Origin: the human T2T-CHM13v2.0 reference genome, Homo sapiens | Reading direction: 5' to 3' (one strand) | Length of the DNA stretch: 64,000 nucleotides | Assembly: GCF_009914755.1 (NCBI RefSeq) | Contig: NC_060939.1 | Shown: positions 1 through 15,945 of the stretch, piece by piece | Layout: the number at the start of each line of letters is the position of its first letter | Position numbering within the stretch: position 1 is the first letter of the stretch | Made by a program: the position numbers and the translations under genes | The notes under the pieces: model-generated | What the model saw: only the letters and a program-made list of their open reading frames with translations | Told to the model about the DNA's origin: nothing | Databases searched by the model: none

Positions 1-1473
1 AAACTTATGAATTATTTATTTCTGGAATTTTTCATTTAAATTTTTGGACAGCAGTTGGCCACAGATAATTGAAATCATTGAAAGCAAAAGCATGGATAAG
101 GGGGACTACTGTACTTGTTAAGGTTGAGGACTCCAGAAGTCAGAAGAGGCCTTCAGGCCACCTGGTACAGTCCATTGCCCTGAGCTGTGTCCCCATCCCT
201 CTCCTCACAGGTGGGGAAGCTGGTCACCAGCTCATGCTGTTGGAAGGGTCTTCCTTATGTGGTCTCCCCGGGCCTTGGTGCTGCTTCTGCCCCACAGGGT
301 GGGGGCAAGTGGTAGTCTGGGTGTGGAAAGGTGTGTGGTGGTCCAGAGCATGTGTGTGGAAGTCGGAAGGCAGGGATTCAGATTCCACCCTGCTAGTTCT
401 TAACTGTGCAAATGGGCAATTTGCTTAACCTCCCAGTGCCTTCTGAGTTACTTTGAGGATCTAGTGAACTAATGAATGTAAAGCAGCTGGCATAGTGCTT
501 GGCTTAAAGTAAGCACCCAGTAATTTACAAAGAAAAGAATCTTAATAGATAGATATTCAAGCACCGTGTTCAGCACTTTTCATACATCTCATTCAATCCT
601 CAAAGAATTATGTGTTATTCTCCCTCTTTTGTAGATGAAGAAACTGAGACTCAGAGATATTCAGTGACTTTGTCAAATTCACCCAGCTAGTACACAAAGA
701 TTGGAGTCCAGGTCTGTCTGACTCCAGAGTCCGTGCTTTTCTACCCTGCTGTGCTGCCTTCCAGAACAACTCTGCCCCTTCTTATATTTTGAGATTGTTA
801 TCATGTTCTTCCTGAGCCTTCCCTTCTCCAGGCTAATCTACCCCCATTTCCTTCTCTGAATCAAAAATGCCCTTCATTTGGTGTGATCTGAAAGCTGTGT
901 GCAGACCTCTGGGCTGCTCTGTTTGTTGTCCAATTCTCACTTGAGCTATGGGTTTTTTGCTGTGATGAGGCCATGCACAGTCCCTGGAGGCACGAAGGCC
1001 TGTGGCATTGGCCTCTCCTGCAGTGACCGCCAGGCCTTGTCAGCAGAGCTGGCTACTGTCAGGTACCCGGCCAGCCTTGGTGGTTAGCCATGGTTGTCTA
1101 TGAAAGGCCACTGTCTAAGATTCCAGTGAGTGAAGTTTTTAATTTTCTTTTATACTTATTTATATCTTAATATCTTAGTCATCTCAGGAACCTTTACAAG
1201 TGCTTCATAATAAATAATGAGGAGAACTTTAAATCTACAAAATTGTGACCACTTAGCTGTGAGGTGAAAAACTGGAATAGCTGGTTGAGTACAAAATTGT
1301 TCGAGACTCCATTCTTATCCCTGGCAGTGGTGCTAATCCATGTTCTCTTGGACTAGCACTGATCGCAAGTGCTATTGAGCTGGTTTAGGGAACCCCTAGA
1401 AGTAGCCAAACTGTGGGACTGTCACATATTTAATGGCAAAAGAAATGCTAACATTTAGACTTTCCTGCTGTAG

Positions 1474-1737
1474 AATCCGTTCGAAATACCCCCAGCACTG
1501 ACACCATGCCAGCCTCTTCGTCTCAAACATGCTGCACTGATCACCAGGACCCTGAAGGTGCTACCAGCTCCTCTTACTTGGCCAGCTCCCAAGAGGAAGA
1601 TTCAGGCCAGAGTCTTCCCACTGCCCATGTTCGCCCTTCCCACCCATTGAAGAGCTTCGCCGTGCCAGCAATCCCGCCTCCAGGACCTCCCACCTATGAT
1701 CCTGCATTGCCAAGCACACCATTACTGTCCCAGCAAG
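1474..1737 (+). CDS. NEO1: Neogenin intracellular-domain exon, third from last ([18 protein letters not shown]...PLLSQQ)
   Basis: Acceptor tttcctgctgtag|AATCC at 1473/1474, donor CAAG|gtgagt at 1737/1738; 264 nt, phase 1-1; translation recognised as neogenin cytoplasmic tail ([24 protein letters not shown]2-type region). Confidence 0.96.
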
Positions 1738-2479
1738 GTGAGTGAGGATGGCAGCACACCTGGAGGGAGCACACCTGGAGTGACCCTTTGGCTCAAGCTT
1801 GGGACAAAGCCACCCCTTCTTTGAAGTATAGCAAAGCAAATATCCTCCAAGCCTATCTTAGCAATTCTGTTAGCGTAGCAGTGTGCCATTGCCCCGCCCA
1901 GGAAGTTTATGGCCTCCCCTTTTCTGGGAACACTTACAAACCGGAGAATAATTTGCTGGGAACCAAGGGCTGACCTTTTGAATTGTGTTTTATGTGCAGC
2001 ACCTTTGGTGGTAAGTCCAATGGCATGGGAATGGATAGCAGATCTAGTCTGCCCAGACCCCTGGAATCACCTCACTTCGTAAGGTCCCTGCAAACTAGAG
2101 AAGGGATCAGGGAGGCCAAGGCTTGGACTCATAGGGTGGTGAAAGCAGAAGTAACCTCAGAATAGGGAAAGGAATCCTGTGAAGGGAAAGTCATTTACCC
2201 AAATCCACACAGCTCAGTAACAGTCCCCTGACCTCAAAGGCATGCTTGCTTTCTGCTCTTCCAAATTGTTACCTATTCATTTGCTTTAGAATAAGCCAGT
2301 GGTTTTCAAAATTTCTGGTCTCAGTATCCCTTTATAGCTTAAAAGCTATTGAGCACCTAAAAGAGCTTTTCTTCATATGGGTTATATCTATCAATATTTA
2401 CCATATTAAAATTAAAACTAAGAAATTTTTAAAGTATTTTATTCATTTAAAAAAGCAAGTATCTATCATGTTAAGATAA

Positions 2480-2810
<331 letters not shown>

Positions 2811-3573
2811 GAAAAGCAACTATTTTCAAAACAAAAATATAGTGAGAAGAGTCGTTTTATTTTTTGCAGATCTCTTTAATGTCTGGCTTAATAGAAGACA
2901 GCTGGATTTTCCTATCTGCTTCTGCATTCAATCTGTTGCAATATGGTGTTTTGGTTGAAATATAAGAAGAAAATCTGGCCTAACAGATATGTAATTGGAA
3001 AAGGGAAGAGTATTTTTATAACCTTTTCAGATAATTGTGGATATTCTTTTTTGATACTACAGCAAAACTCAGCAAGTTGTAGTTTTTTAAAGGTTTGTTT
3101 GTAAAGTGAAATCTGAAACCTTATCTATGAAATATTCATACTTCATTCCATTGAAATTCATTCATCTGTCTTGCATTTAATGCATGATACTAAAATATCA
3201 CACATCGGTCATTTAGAAAATATTGGTCCACTACATTATGCAAATTCTGCAAATAGTGATACATTTCATTATCCAGTATCTAAAAACATATTCATTAATA
3301 TCATCAAAATGTGTAAGTATTAAGTTCTCAAGACCATGGTGGCGGATGCAAGTTTTCCAAAATCCTGATTTTTACTTAAAACTTAAATTTTATCATTGGC
3401 AAGAAACACTATCCATTGTGTTCCTTGAATTGACAGGCTCACTTTGTTCATTTTCTAAAAGATGTCTCAAGAACCAGTTTGTCTGTCTTTGAACTAACAG
3501 TGATATTCCATGATAAAAACATTCAACTCAAAACTCAAAACTATCACAAGTACCTTTATTTAAGACAGCTGTT

Positions 3574-3873
<300 letters not shown>

Positions 3874-4446
3874 TCATACTTTGCACACAGCTGAAGTACT
3901 TTATGCATACTTTCCATTTTGTCACATACAGTAAGGTCAAGATTTAGTAAAATAAAAAATATGTATTCCTTTATTAAGGATGGTTCTTAGTGAAACTGGC
4001 TTTTTTAAACTGCACGTGCGTGTCAGTGAATGGCTTTACAGTTTGGCACCACTGCCTTAATTTGTGCTAAGGCTCCAGCAGCTCACCCACTATTGCCTTT
4101 GTATCCTCAGTGCAAAGGCAAACACAGTGGAAAGGCAAATAATGTCTTACTATAAAGAGAGCTTTGGCCTTCCAGATATCCTGCAAGGGTTTGTGGACTA
4201 CCACACTTTGAGAACCACTGGACTAGGATATTGGTTTTCTAGAGACAGTGGAATATTTTCTCTGGCCTCATGAATGCCCTGCTATCTCCCTCCTTCCCTC
4301 TTATTCCAGTAACTTTTCAGAGCAGTATCCCTGCACTGGGTCTGTATGTCTCTCTCACCCCGAAGCAGCACTTGGACCTTAGGGCCTTCATGAGGTCTAG
4401 GGGAGGCAGGCTTGGCCACATATCTGATGGTGCCCTTTCCCCTCAG

Positions 4447-4583
4447 CTCTGAACCATCACATTCACTCAGTGAAGACAGCCTCCATCGGGACTCTAGGAA
4501 GGAGCCGGCCTCCTATGCCAGTGGTTGTTCCCAGTGCCCCTGAAGTGCAGGAGACCACAAGGATGTTGGAAGACTCCGAGAGT
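4447..4583 (+). CDS. NEO1: Neogenin penultimate exon ([46 protein letters not shown])
   Basis: Acceptor ctttcccctcag|CTCTG, donor AGT|gtaagt; 137 nt, phase 1-0, in frame with both neighbours. Confidence 0.96.
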
Positions 4584-4799
4584 GTAAGTTCGTGGGGCCA
4601 TCAGTCCAGCCAGATTGCCTGGGAACATGCCCCAGGGCCTGAGACTGCTGGTCAAGCTGATAATCTGTGCATACCAGGCCCGCCACCCAGAACTATGAAG
4701 CAGATACACTCATTCATTCAGTAGATACAGTGTTGAGCATCTCTTCTGAGCCGGGAACTGTGCTGAGGACTTGGTGTGCTTTCTTTCCCATATCCACTC

Positions 4800-5122
<323 letters not shown>

Positions 5123-5738
5123 TAGCTTTTCACACTAGCCCAGCTAATGGCCCCTTCCCCCACTTCCTGCCTGCCTTTTAGTTCTGTCCCTTCTGTCATT
5201 GTTCTTTTCTTGGTTTGAACCATCCATACATTCCCTCAGTTCTACTCTGTGACCTTTCCTGAGCAAGATGCTGGAGGAGAAAGTGCCTGAGTGGTTGTTC
5301 TCGAAACAAAAATCACCAGGGTCTTTCTTTGATCTTTCACTCTCAAACTCCAGTAAAAATGTTTTGCCTCTGAATTTCCAGGTACAGGATTCTCTAAGCG
5401 GAAAGCTTGGGGCCCAGAGATCCAGGGACATACCAACTGTGCTGACTGGGGCAGAGACCTAGAAGGGGCAAGCAGTGGGCCTTCTGGCCTGTGAAGTCAT
5501 TGTGACCCTGGGGAGTATGTGTTGGGAGAAAGGCATTGTGCATTATCAGGAAACGGGATCCTAGTGACCTTGGGTCTATCCTGCTACTTTCCACTCTTCT
5601 GAGCCACCCTGCGTGTTAGTAGCCAGTTTTCTGGGGCCATTTGACTACTGACCACATGAGGCTTTGGCCTCTCTCTGGGCTCTCCTTTCTGAGCTGCTCC
5701 CTGGATCCAGCCCAGTAACAGTGTTTTCTTTTCCATAG

Positions 5739-5822
5739 AGCTATGAACCAGATGAGCTGACCAAAGAGATGGCCCACCTGGAAGGACTAATGAAGGACCT
5801 AAACGCTATCACAACAGCATGA
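5739..5822 (+). CDS. NEO1: Neogenin last coding exon (SYEPDELTKEMAHLEGLMKDLNAITTA*), P3 motif
   Basis: Acceptor ttttcttttccatag|AGC; TGA at 5820-5822; EMAHLEGLMKDLNAIT is the conserved DCC/neogenin P3 motif. Confidence 0.97.
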   Translation, partial: SYEPDELTKEMAHLEGLMKDLNAITTA

Positions 5823-8335
5823 CGACCTTCACCAGGACCTGACTTCAAACCTGAGTCTGGAAGTCTTGGAACTTAACCCTTGAAAACAAGGAATTGTACA
5901 GAGTACGAGAGGACAGCACTTGAGAACACAGAATGAGCCAGCAGACTGGCCAGCGCCTCTGTGTAGGGCTGGCTCCAGGCATGGCCACCTGCCTTCCCCT
6001 GGTCAGCCTGGAAGAAGCCTGTGTCGAGGCAGCTTCCCTTTGCCTGCTGATATTCTGCAGGACTGGGCACCATGGGCCAAAATTTTGTGTCCAGGGAAGA
6101 GGCGAGAAGTGCAACCTGCATTTCACTTTGTGGTCAGGCCGTGTCTTTGTGCTGTGACTGCATCACCTTTATGGAGTGTAGACATTGGCATTTATGTACA
6201 ATTTTATTTGTGTCTTATTTTATTTTACCTTCAAAAACAAAAACGCCATCCAAAACCAAGGAAGTCCTTGGTGTTCTCCACAAGTGGTTGACATTTGACT
6301 GCTTGTTCCAATTATGTATGGAAAGTCTTTGACAGTGTGGGTCGTTCCTGGGGTTGGCTTGTTTTTTGGTTTCATTTTTATTTTTTAATTCTGAGTCATT
6401 GCATCCTCTACCAGCTGTTAATCCATCACTCTGAGGGGGAGGAAATGTTGCATTGCTGTTTGTAAGCTTTTTTTATTATTTTTTTATTATAATTATTAAA
6501 GGCCTGACTCTTTCCTCTCATCACTGTGAGATTACAGATCTATTTGAATTGAATGAAATGTAACATTGAAAAGACTTGTTTGTTGCTTTCTGTGCAGTTT
6601 CAGTATTGGGGCGGGTGGGGGGCTGGGGGTTGGTAATAGGAAATGGAGGGGCTGCTGAGGTCCTGTGAATGTTTCTGTCATTGTACTTTCTTCCAGAAGC
6701 CTGCAGAGAATGGAAGCATCTTCTTTATTGTCCTTTCCTGGCATGTCCATCCTTATTGTCACTACGTTGCAACTGGAGTTTGATTTGGATCTGGTTTTAA
6801 AATTCTTCTGTGCAATAGATGGGTTTGAGGATTTAGCGGCCCTGATGTCTTGGTCATAGCCTGGTAAGAATGTCCATGCTGAGGAGCCAGATGTTGTATT
6901 TCTAACTGCCTGAGTCACACAGAATAGGGTAAGAGCCTGACCCCATTCTGTAAATCAGAAAGCAAGGATGGAGACCCTTTCCTGCTGCTATTATTGGCTC
7001 TCTTTGAGGAAGTTGGAGGTTAAGGAAGGAACTTGTTTGTTTCCGTATACGACTCCTTCTTCTCTCTAGTTCAGTCTTCAGCCAGTCCAGCGCTCTCTTC
7101 CACACTTCAGAGCCCCTTCAGAGAAAGCATTAGCAGGAATGAGACAAGGCAGAGCTGCAGTGCCCCCTGAGGCTTCCACACATCTTTCTGAATATTATTT
7201 TTCAAGTAACAAGGGCAGGGACAGCGGAAACAGCTGCCCACCCCCCCCATCCCAGCAGCTCAGCTAAGCCCTGATGAGAATGAAGCCACAGGAGTTGTCT
7301 GAGGTGAACCCAGCCGCTCAGCCACACATGGAAGCCATTGCCTTTGCACATAGTTCTTGGGTTCTTTTTCCTAAAAAGGTAAGGAGCTGAGGTGTGTGGT
7401 TTTTTAATATTAAGAATATATAATGGAAAACACACGACTGACGCTCAGGCATCTTCCCCTACTCCCCAACAGATCCCCAGAAGACAGCGTGGAAGGCAGT
7501 GTAGACAGTAAATCGGGCTTCAGTTCTATAGCCAAGAAGAGATCAGCTGCTGAAACCACCAGTGGGTACCCCAGGCCACCTGCCTTTGAACTTGGGGATT
7601 TGCCATGTTTGATCTTGTCACATACTTGCTTTTTTACAAGATGAACTCTTTGTATTTATGATTTGGGGGGCAATGAAAGGTGCAATGCAGGAACTGCTGC
7701 TGCCGAGCTCGCTGGTCACATGGGGGTGCCAGGCGGGATTCTGGAAAACCAGTGCACTTAAACTGATCCTGAAGAGAGCTGTCCCAGCACTCTGGCCACC
7801 AGGAGGGCCAGATTCCCCAGAAACTACCTTTTGCCCAAAGAACATGCTCAGTATTTGGGGCATTTCCTCCCACAAACCCTGACTGCTTCTGTTACCTCAG
7901 GGCCTTGGTACCTGGATACTGCCACAGAATTGGGGCGGGTGGGGGAGGGGCCTATTTTTAAATAAAATAACTGTTCAAAGTTGGGGGTTTTTTAAAAAAT
8001 TAAGAAAAAGGAAAGCTATTCTGTATTGCACCTTTTCACAATTTAATACATTTTCTTACATTTTCCTGTGATTTTCGAAACTAAACCATTGTGTGTCCTG
8101 TAGTGTCCTGGTTGAGCTGCCGCTCAGCAGCTTCCTCGGGGGGATTTGGAACACCTGTGTCTGTCGCCGCACTGCCTGTGGGAGGGGCCCAGAGGGCTGC
8201 TGGGACTGGCGTCTGTACACACTTGTTTGGCCTTTTCTGTAGTTGATGCTGTAAACTCTATGGCTTTTTAAAAACGATTTCATGTTTTTATTTAGTATTG
8301 GAAATCCAATACACTTTTTTAATCCAATCAAACTC
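5823..8335 (+). other. NEO1: NEO1 3'UTR (end approximate)
   Basis: Repeat-free U-rich sequence after the stop; hexamers ATTAAA 6495-6500, AATAAA 7961-7966, AATACA 8308-8313; the cleavage site cannot be read from sequence alone. Confidence 0.75.
7961..7966 (+). terminator. NEO1: Canonical polyadenylation hexamer in NEO1 3'UTR
   Basis: AATAAA followed by a G/U-rich tract (gttgggggtttttt) about 15-25 nt downstream. Confidence 0.6.
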
Positions 8336-9500
8336 TGGTCTGGTCAAAGAGTTATTTTCCTTTGTCCTTAAAAAAAAAAATAACAACAACTTTGGGGCCC
8401 CCTGCTTCCCAGCCTCTAACTGACTTCACGGTTGCCTTCACAACTGTAAAGCCAGTAGTCTATGAGGAGACTCAGGGAAGGGTGGCAGGTGAGCCAGGAG
8501 GCTGCAGGAGGTGTTTGGACCGTCCACCAGTACCAAAAATGAGTCTTGTCCCTGTTCCCATCCCCCTGTTGCTGCCCTGCAGGGACTGAGCAGCCTGAGG
8601 AATCAGAGGGGGCCCCTGGCAGCCGTCCCTGAATGGAGTGCAGGCCATGTCCCTGCCGCGGCAGCGCATTCTGTTAGGGCAGACTGACTGTCCACGTGGG
8701 GCCTGGCCTCCCCACTCCCAGCCCCACCACTCATAGGGACCTGAAGCTGGAGCAGATGTCTCCTGGGATGCCCGCTTGCCCCAGGCTGCCTCACCTTACT
8801 GTGTTCACTGTGTAAGATTCCTCGTGGTGTCCCAGAGTCTGGGCCAGGGAATAGGGGACCTCAGCAGCCAGAGGCCTGAGCTTGCAATAATAGAATGAGG
8901 GCTAAACACAGAGCACAGTGTCCTCACTGCTCCCTTTGCCCCACTGTTCATCTGCTCTGTGGCTAGAGTGTACTTTAGGAAGCCCAAATCCCGTCCTTCC
9001 CATTAGCCACACTCCACTGGGCTCAGGATGAAGTCCATGCTCCCATAGCTGCAGGTTGGTGCTTGTCTGCCACAGCCTCCAGGTCCAGACTAATGTTGCC
9101 TTGTGTACCAGGGGTGTGGCCACAGAAAGCTACCAGTGAGGCCATTCTCAGTCTGCCTGGAGTGTCCTCTTTACTGCCATTCTGTCTTAAGTGCCGGGCG
9201 TCTGCTGCTACTATCCCTCCTGTGCGTCCCTAGGTGGAGCTCTTGGCACATATTACCATGATTTGTTTGAGTCTTTTCCTGGGCCCTGTGGGCTCAGTGG
9301 GGACAAGATTATTTCTCACTCCTTTCTGAATGCCTAATGCCAGGGGCAGTTTCTGACAATAGCAGATGCTTGTCTCTTGGATGGATAGACAAACAGTCAC
9401 GAGGACTCATGCCCTGGAGCGTGCTGAAAGGCTTCACACACGCGCACAAGAAGCCCCCTCCTGGCAGGGATCCTAGTAGGTCCCCAGTGTTCTGGTGCTA

Positions 9501-9893
<393 letters not shown>

Positions 9894-10540
9894 AAACAAT
9901 GGTGCTGCCTCATGACCAACTTCAAGCTGGGAACTAACACAAGAATATCTTGCAGATTTGTTCTAAGATGAGCATATGGACAAGGGTGTATACGAAGAAG
10001 AAACACCTCTTCCCCTACCCCATTCCTGCCCCATCCATCAACCTCTCCCAATTGCAGCCACCTTCCTGCCAGAAGTGGGGAGAACCATCAGGAGAGACTG
10101 GAGACAAGCAATAAGCAAGCCATCAAATTGATGATGACAGGGCCATGGGCAGGGATTGGAGAACCAGGGAGCCAAGAGGAACCACTGCTAACCACAGACA
10201 GAACCCCAGACAGCAGGTACCCGATTCTTAACCTAGGGTTCCCAGCTACCAAAGGAGGGAGTTCACCAGGGGTGCAGGAGGAAGAGGTAGGAGACAGTAG
10301 TTGAGAGAAAATAATACTTGTTTTTAATAATCTTTTAAATGTACATAATGTTGGAAAAGTGCTACTTAAAACTACCACTACCCTCTAAGCATGGTGGATG
10401 ATATTCATCTCAAGACGCCCTTTTCCTCAATTAGGAACTTGGTTTGTAAAATGAAAGGGACCTAAAGCTGAGCTCCAAAAGGTTGGTGGGAGTACCTGCT
10501 GCACTATAGCACAAGAATAATTCGGGATTTCCTGAAATAA

Positions 10541-10985
<445 letters not shown>

Positions 10986-13858
10986 AAATGAGAAGATCTT
11001 GCCCTATTTGCACTTCTATGGAGTGAACCCCCTCCAGCTCCCCAAATCTCATGTAACATCTGCTGTGTGCACATGGCCTTGAATGTGTTACTGGACACTC
11101 CCCCAGTGAAGAAAACAGCATCTGGGCCAACATGGCGGTGGGCAGGCCATGAGTCTGGCATGGCACGGGTGACCCATGAATGGAATTGGTTCGCTAGAAG
11201 CAGGAGCTGAGGGCCAGAAGTGACCATAAGAATCTAAACCTGAGAACTCTCAGAAGTCCAGGGGGCAAAGGGGGACACAGGTCAAGAAATGTGGGTTCCA
11301 ATCAGCCTAATCCAGATTTTAAGAGGCAGACTGACCTCAGCTTGTGTCTGAGTTGCCATCAGTTTACAATTTCTCCCTCCTCGGGGTCCTGGAGCAAAGC
11401 CTCATCACCCTGTTACTAGGTGTCAGCCCCTTGCTAATGGGGTCTGCCTTCTGTGGACCCGGTTGCCCAAAGGAGAAATCTGGGAGCCATTCTAAATTCT
11501 TCCCTCAACACCACAGCACATTGCTCAGCAAATCCTGCCAGCTCTTACCTCTCAGAGGTCCCCCAGAGTAGCTCTTTGCTGTCTGGTAGGCAAACTACTA
11601 ATTAAGCCCCCTGCCTGAGTCTCACCAGCAATCAGGGAGCGATCCTCCACACAAGTGTTCAGGTGCTGCTTCTAACGCAAATCTGATGCTTCCCCGCTGC
11701 TCAGCACTGTGCGATGAGAGCTCCAGCACCTGCCCTACGGTAGAGACTCCAGTGTGGCCCTGTCTGCCTCGTCCCTTTTATTTCCCACTAACCTGCCCCT
11801 TCACCCGAATTTGGCCCTAACCATTGACAGCAATTTACACTTGCAGAATAAGCCGTGATGTCTGGCCTCTACTGTTTCCTCTGCCTCAATTTCTCTCTAT
11901 CCCCTACCCTGACCACTGGCTTTCTCTGTCTGGTCATATCTATTCATCTTTGAAGGCCCAGCCTAACCATCCAGTCCCCTGATCATTCTTGTTCACGTTT
12001 CTGTCTCCGCCAATACACTGTGACCTCGCTAAGGAAAGCAGCTGTGCTTGGATTCTCCACCCGAGCACCCAGCACACCATAGGTCTTCACTAAATGAACT
12101 TGCCTCGTGAGGCAGATGGACTTGAAATCAGGTAACTAATACATCATGGCCCGGTACTGAGGGAATTTAACAAAGCCCTAATTCCTCCTAGGAGCATATA
12201 CTTAAGGTTTTGCAGAGGAACTAAGGCTGAGCTGAGCCTAGGGTGTAATGTGAGGCTTATCTTTCTGGAGGAAGGAGGAGGCCACTGCAGAGCTGTGGAG
12301 CTGCCTGCTTCACGTGGCCATCAGTACAGATCCCAGCCATCCCATGTCACTCCTGTGCTCAGCCTCCTGTCACTGCATTCAGTGCAGAGGCCCCAGCAGG
12401 CCAGTGCAAAGGCTATGGAGGGTGCACAGGTCTGGCTAGCTGGCTTTCGGGGAGAGAGGGAGCTGGTCCCCCAGATTCCTGGAACACTGCAAGGGCAATA
12501 CTGGGCCCAGTCAAGCTAAGTTTGGCTGGCCAGATACCACAGCTTGGGGTCAGTTCTAGTGAGACAAGAATAAAGTGGTTCCTTTTGTAAACTCAAAACC
12601 CAGGTCTTGCCGAGAATTCTGGGCAGCTCATGGCTTTCTGGAGAGGAAAGAGCCAGGATTTACTTTTGAAGGCAAAATTATGGATCAGGCTCCTGCAGAC
12701 AAAGTTGCCCATGATACGTAAGGAGAATCAGCCAATGAACATTCTAGACTAACACACAGAAGGGAAATTGACTGTAACGAAAGCCAGAGAGATCTCAGTG
12801 TGGGCAGGTGGGATGAGAGAAGGAATATTTGCGGCCAGTCAGAAAAGGGTCTTCCTCACCCAAAAAGCTGGAAATCTTCAATTGTTTCCAAAAATACTTC
12901 TGAAGGCCCACTATATGCCAGGCACTGAGGATGCAAAATGAGTACGACAGTACTCATGAGATGGTAATTTCATGAAAAGAACATGAAAAGTGCTAAGAGA
13001 CCCAAACAAAGTGATCTGGTAAAGTAAAGAAGGAATTTCCAACCCTAACTGGAGAGTTGCGTGTCACGAAGTAGGTGACACTGAGAATGATGGACGAATT
13101 CACCAAAGAAAGGAGTTTCTTCCAGCATTGCTTGAACTAATCTAAAAAGCAGGAAAAATTCCAACACTGGATAAATTACAACAGAAAATGCTTTTCAGTG
13201 ATTTGCTCCAAAGACAGTAAGGGATGTCCGTAACAGGAACAGAAAATCTGACCCAAGTGGTAGATGAAAAAAGAGGTTGGGGTTTCCTCAGGGAAAAGCC
13301 TAATACTAAGAACCAGAGGGAAGCCTGACTGACGCTTATCAAAAAATAAGTAAATGAGTGATCATCATCTTCCCTGAGAATTTGTTGAGAATTTTGTGTC
13401 TATATTCATAAGAGATATTGGTCTGTAGTTTTTTTTGAAGGGGGGAGTGTTGTACTTTTTGAGTGGAGGGGTCTGGCTTTGGTATCAGTATAATACTAGC
13501 CTCATAGAATAAGAGAAGTGTTCCCTCCTTGTCTATTTTTTGGAAGAGTTTGAAGGATTGCTATTAATTGTTCTCTAAAGCTTTGGTCGAATTCACCAAT
13601 AAAGCCATTGGGGCTTGGGCCTTTCTTTGTGGGAAGCATTCTTTATTACTAATGTAATCTGTCGACTTGTTATAGATCTATTCGGATTCTGTATTTATTC
13701 TTGAGTCAGTTTTGGTAATTTGTTTCTAATTTGTCCATTTTATCTAGGTTATCTAATTTGTTGGTATACAACTTTTTATAGTGTTCTCTTATAATCCGTT
13801 TTATTTCTTTAAGGCTGGTAGTAATATATTTTATTTGACTCCTGATGTTAGCAAGTCT

Positions 13859-13889
<31 letters not shown>

Positions 13890-14103
13890 TAGTCTAGCTA
13901 AAGGCTGCCCATTTTGTTGATCTTTTCCAAGAACTAACTTTTGATTTTGCTGATTTTTTATATTGGTTTTCTGTTCTCTATTCTATTTTTTTCTGCTTTC
14001 ATCTTTATTATTTCCTTTCTTCTGTTTGCTTTGAGTTTAGTTTGTTCTTCTTTTCCTAGTTTCTTCAGGTGAATGTTTAGGTTATTGATTGGATTTTTTT
14101 TAA

Positions 14104-14583
<480 letters not shown>

Positions 14584-15209
14584 TGATTACTTACATATGT
14601 GTTTAATTTGTATATATTTGTGAATTTTTCAAATATCTGTTACTAATTTCTAAATGTTGTTCTATTGTTGGTCAGAGAATATATTTCATATTATTTCAAT
14701 CCTCTTAAATTTATTGAGACTTGGTTTGTGGCCTAACAGATAGTCTGTCCTGTAGAATGTTCCACGTGCCCTTGAGAAGAATACATATTCTGCTGTTGTT
14801 GGATGGAGTGTTCCAGAGATCCCTCTTAGCTCTCTTTGGTTTATATTGTTCAAATCTTCTATTTCCTGGCTGATCTTTTGTCTAGTTGTTCTATCAGTTA
14901 TTGAAAGTAGAGTATTGAAGTCTGCAACTGTGACTGTTGAATTGTCTATCCTCCCTTCCATTATGTCAGATTCACTTCATGAGTATATGTGTATGTGTAT
15001 GTGTGTGTGTGTGTGTGTGTGTATAATCCAAATAGATCCATAACAAGTAGACAGATTACATTAGTAATAAAGAACACTTACCACAAAGAAAGGCCTAGGA
15101 CCCAATGGTTTCACTGGTGAATTCTACCAAAGCTTTAGAAAACAATTAATAGCAATCCTTCACAAACTCTTCCTAATTTTATATATATATATATATATAT
15201 ACATATATA

Positions 15210-15342
15210 ATTTTTTTTTTTTTAGAGAGAGACAGGATCTGGCTGTGTTGTCCAGTCTGGACTCAAACTCCCGGGCTTAAGTGATCCTCCCACCTCACTC
15301 TCGTGAGTAGCTGGAACTATAAGCATGTACCACCATGGTGGC
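15210..15342 (-). mobile_element. Alu monomer (FLAM-like)
   Basis: Single diverged arm with polyT tail. Confidence 0.7.
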
Positions 15343-15744
15343 TTAGGAGTTTGGGGGCTCTGTTGTTAGGTATATACATATAATTGTTTAATCTTCTTGA
15401 TGGATTGACCTTTTTCTCATTATAAAATGTTCTTTGTCTTTAGTAATAATTTTTGTCTTAAAGTCTACTTTGATATTATTAAATAGTATAGCCACTCCAG
15501 CTCTCCTTCAGCTAATGTTTGCTTGGTATGTCTTTTTGCACCCTTTTACTCTCAACATATTTGCATCTTTGAATACCAAATCTGTCTGTTGTAGACAGTA
15601 TACAGTTGGATCATGGTTTTGTATCCATTCTGCCAATTTCTGCCTCTAAACTGAATGTTTAATCCACTTACATTTAATGTAATTGCTGGTAAGGTAGGAT
15701 TTACATCTGCCATTTACCTATTTGTTTTCTATATGTCTTGTGTC

Positions 15745-15945
15745 TTTTTTTTTTTTTTTTTGAGATGCAGTCTCACTCTGTCACCCAGGCTGGAGGGCAG
15801 TGGCATGATCTCAGCTAATTTTTGTATTTTTAGTAGAGACAGGTTTTCACCATGTTGGCCAGGCTGGTCATGAACTCCTGACCTCAGGTGATCCACCCGC
15901 CTCCCAAAGAGCTGGGATTACAGGCGTGAGCCACCATGCCCGGCC
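15745..15945 (-). mobile_element. Alu with internal deletion
   Basis: GATCTCAGCT joined directly to AATTTTTGTA; TSD ATGTCTTRYGTCTTT. Confidence 0.88.

Noticed and set aside
13104-13141. Exon-like minus segment (LVQAMLEETPFF) in phase with the cryptic exon 2
   Set aside because: Overlaps an apparent L2 remnant (~12890-13130) and has a weak donor (GTGAAT); left out of the gene model
14686-14961. Endonuclease-like ORF
   Set aside because: Decayed L1 ORF2 fragment, not an intact gene
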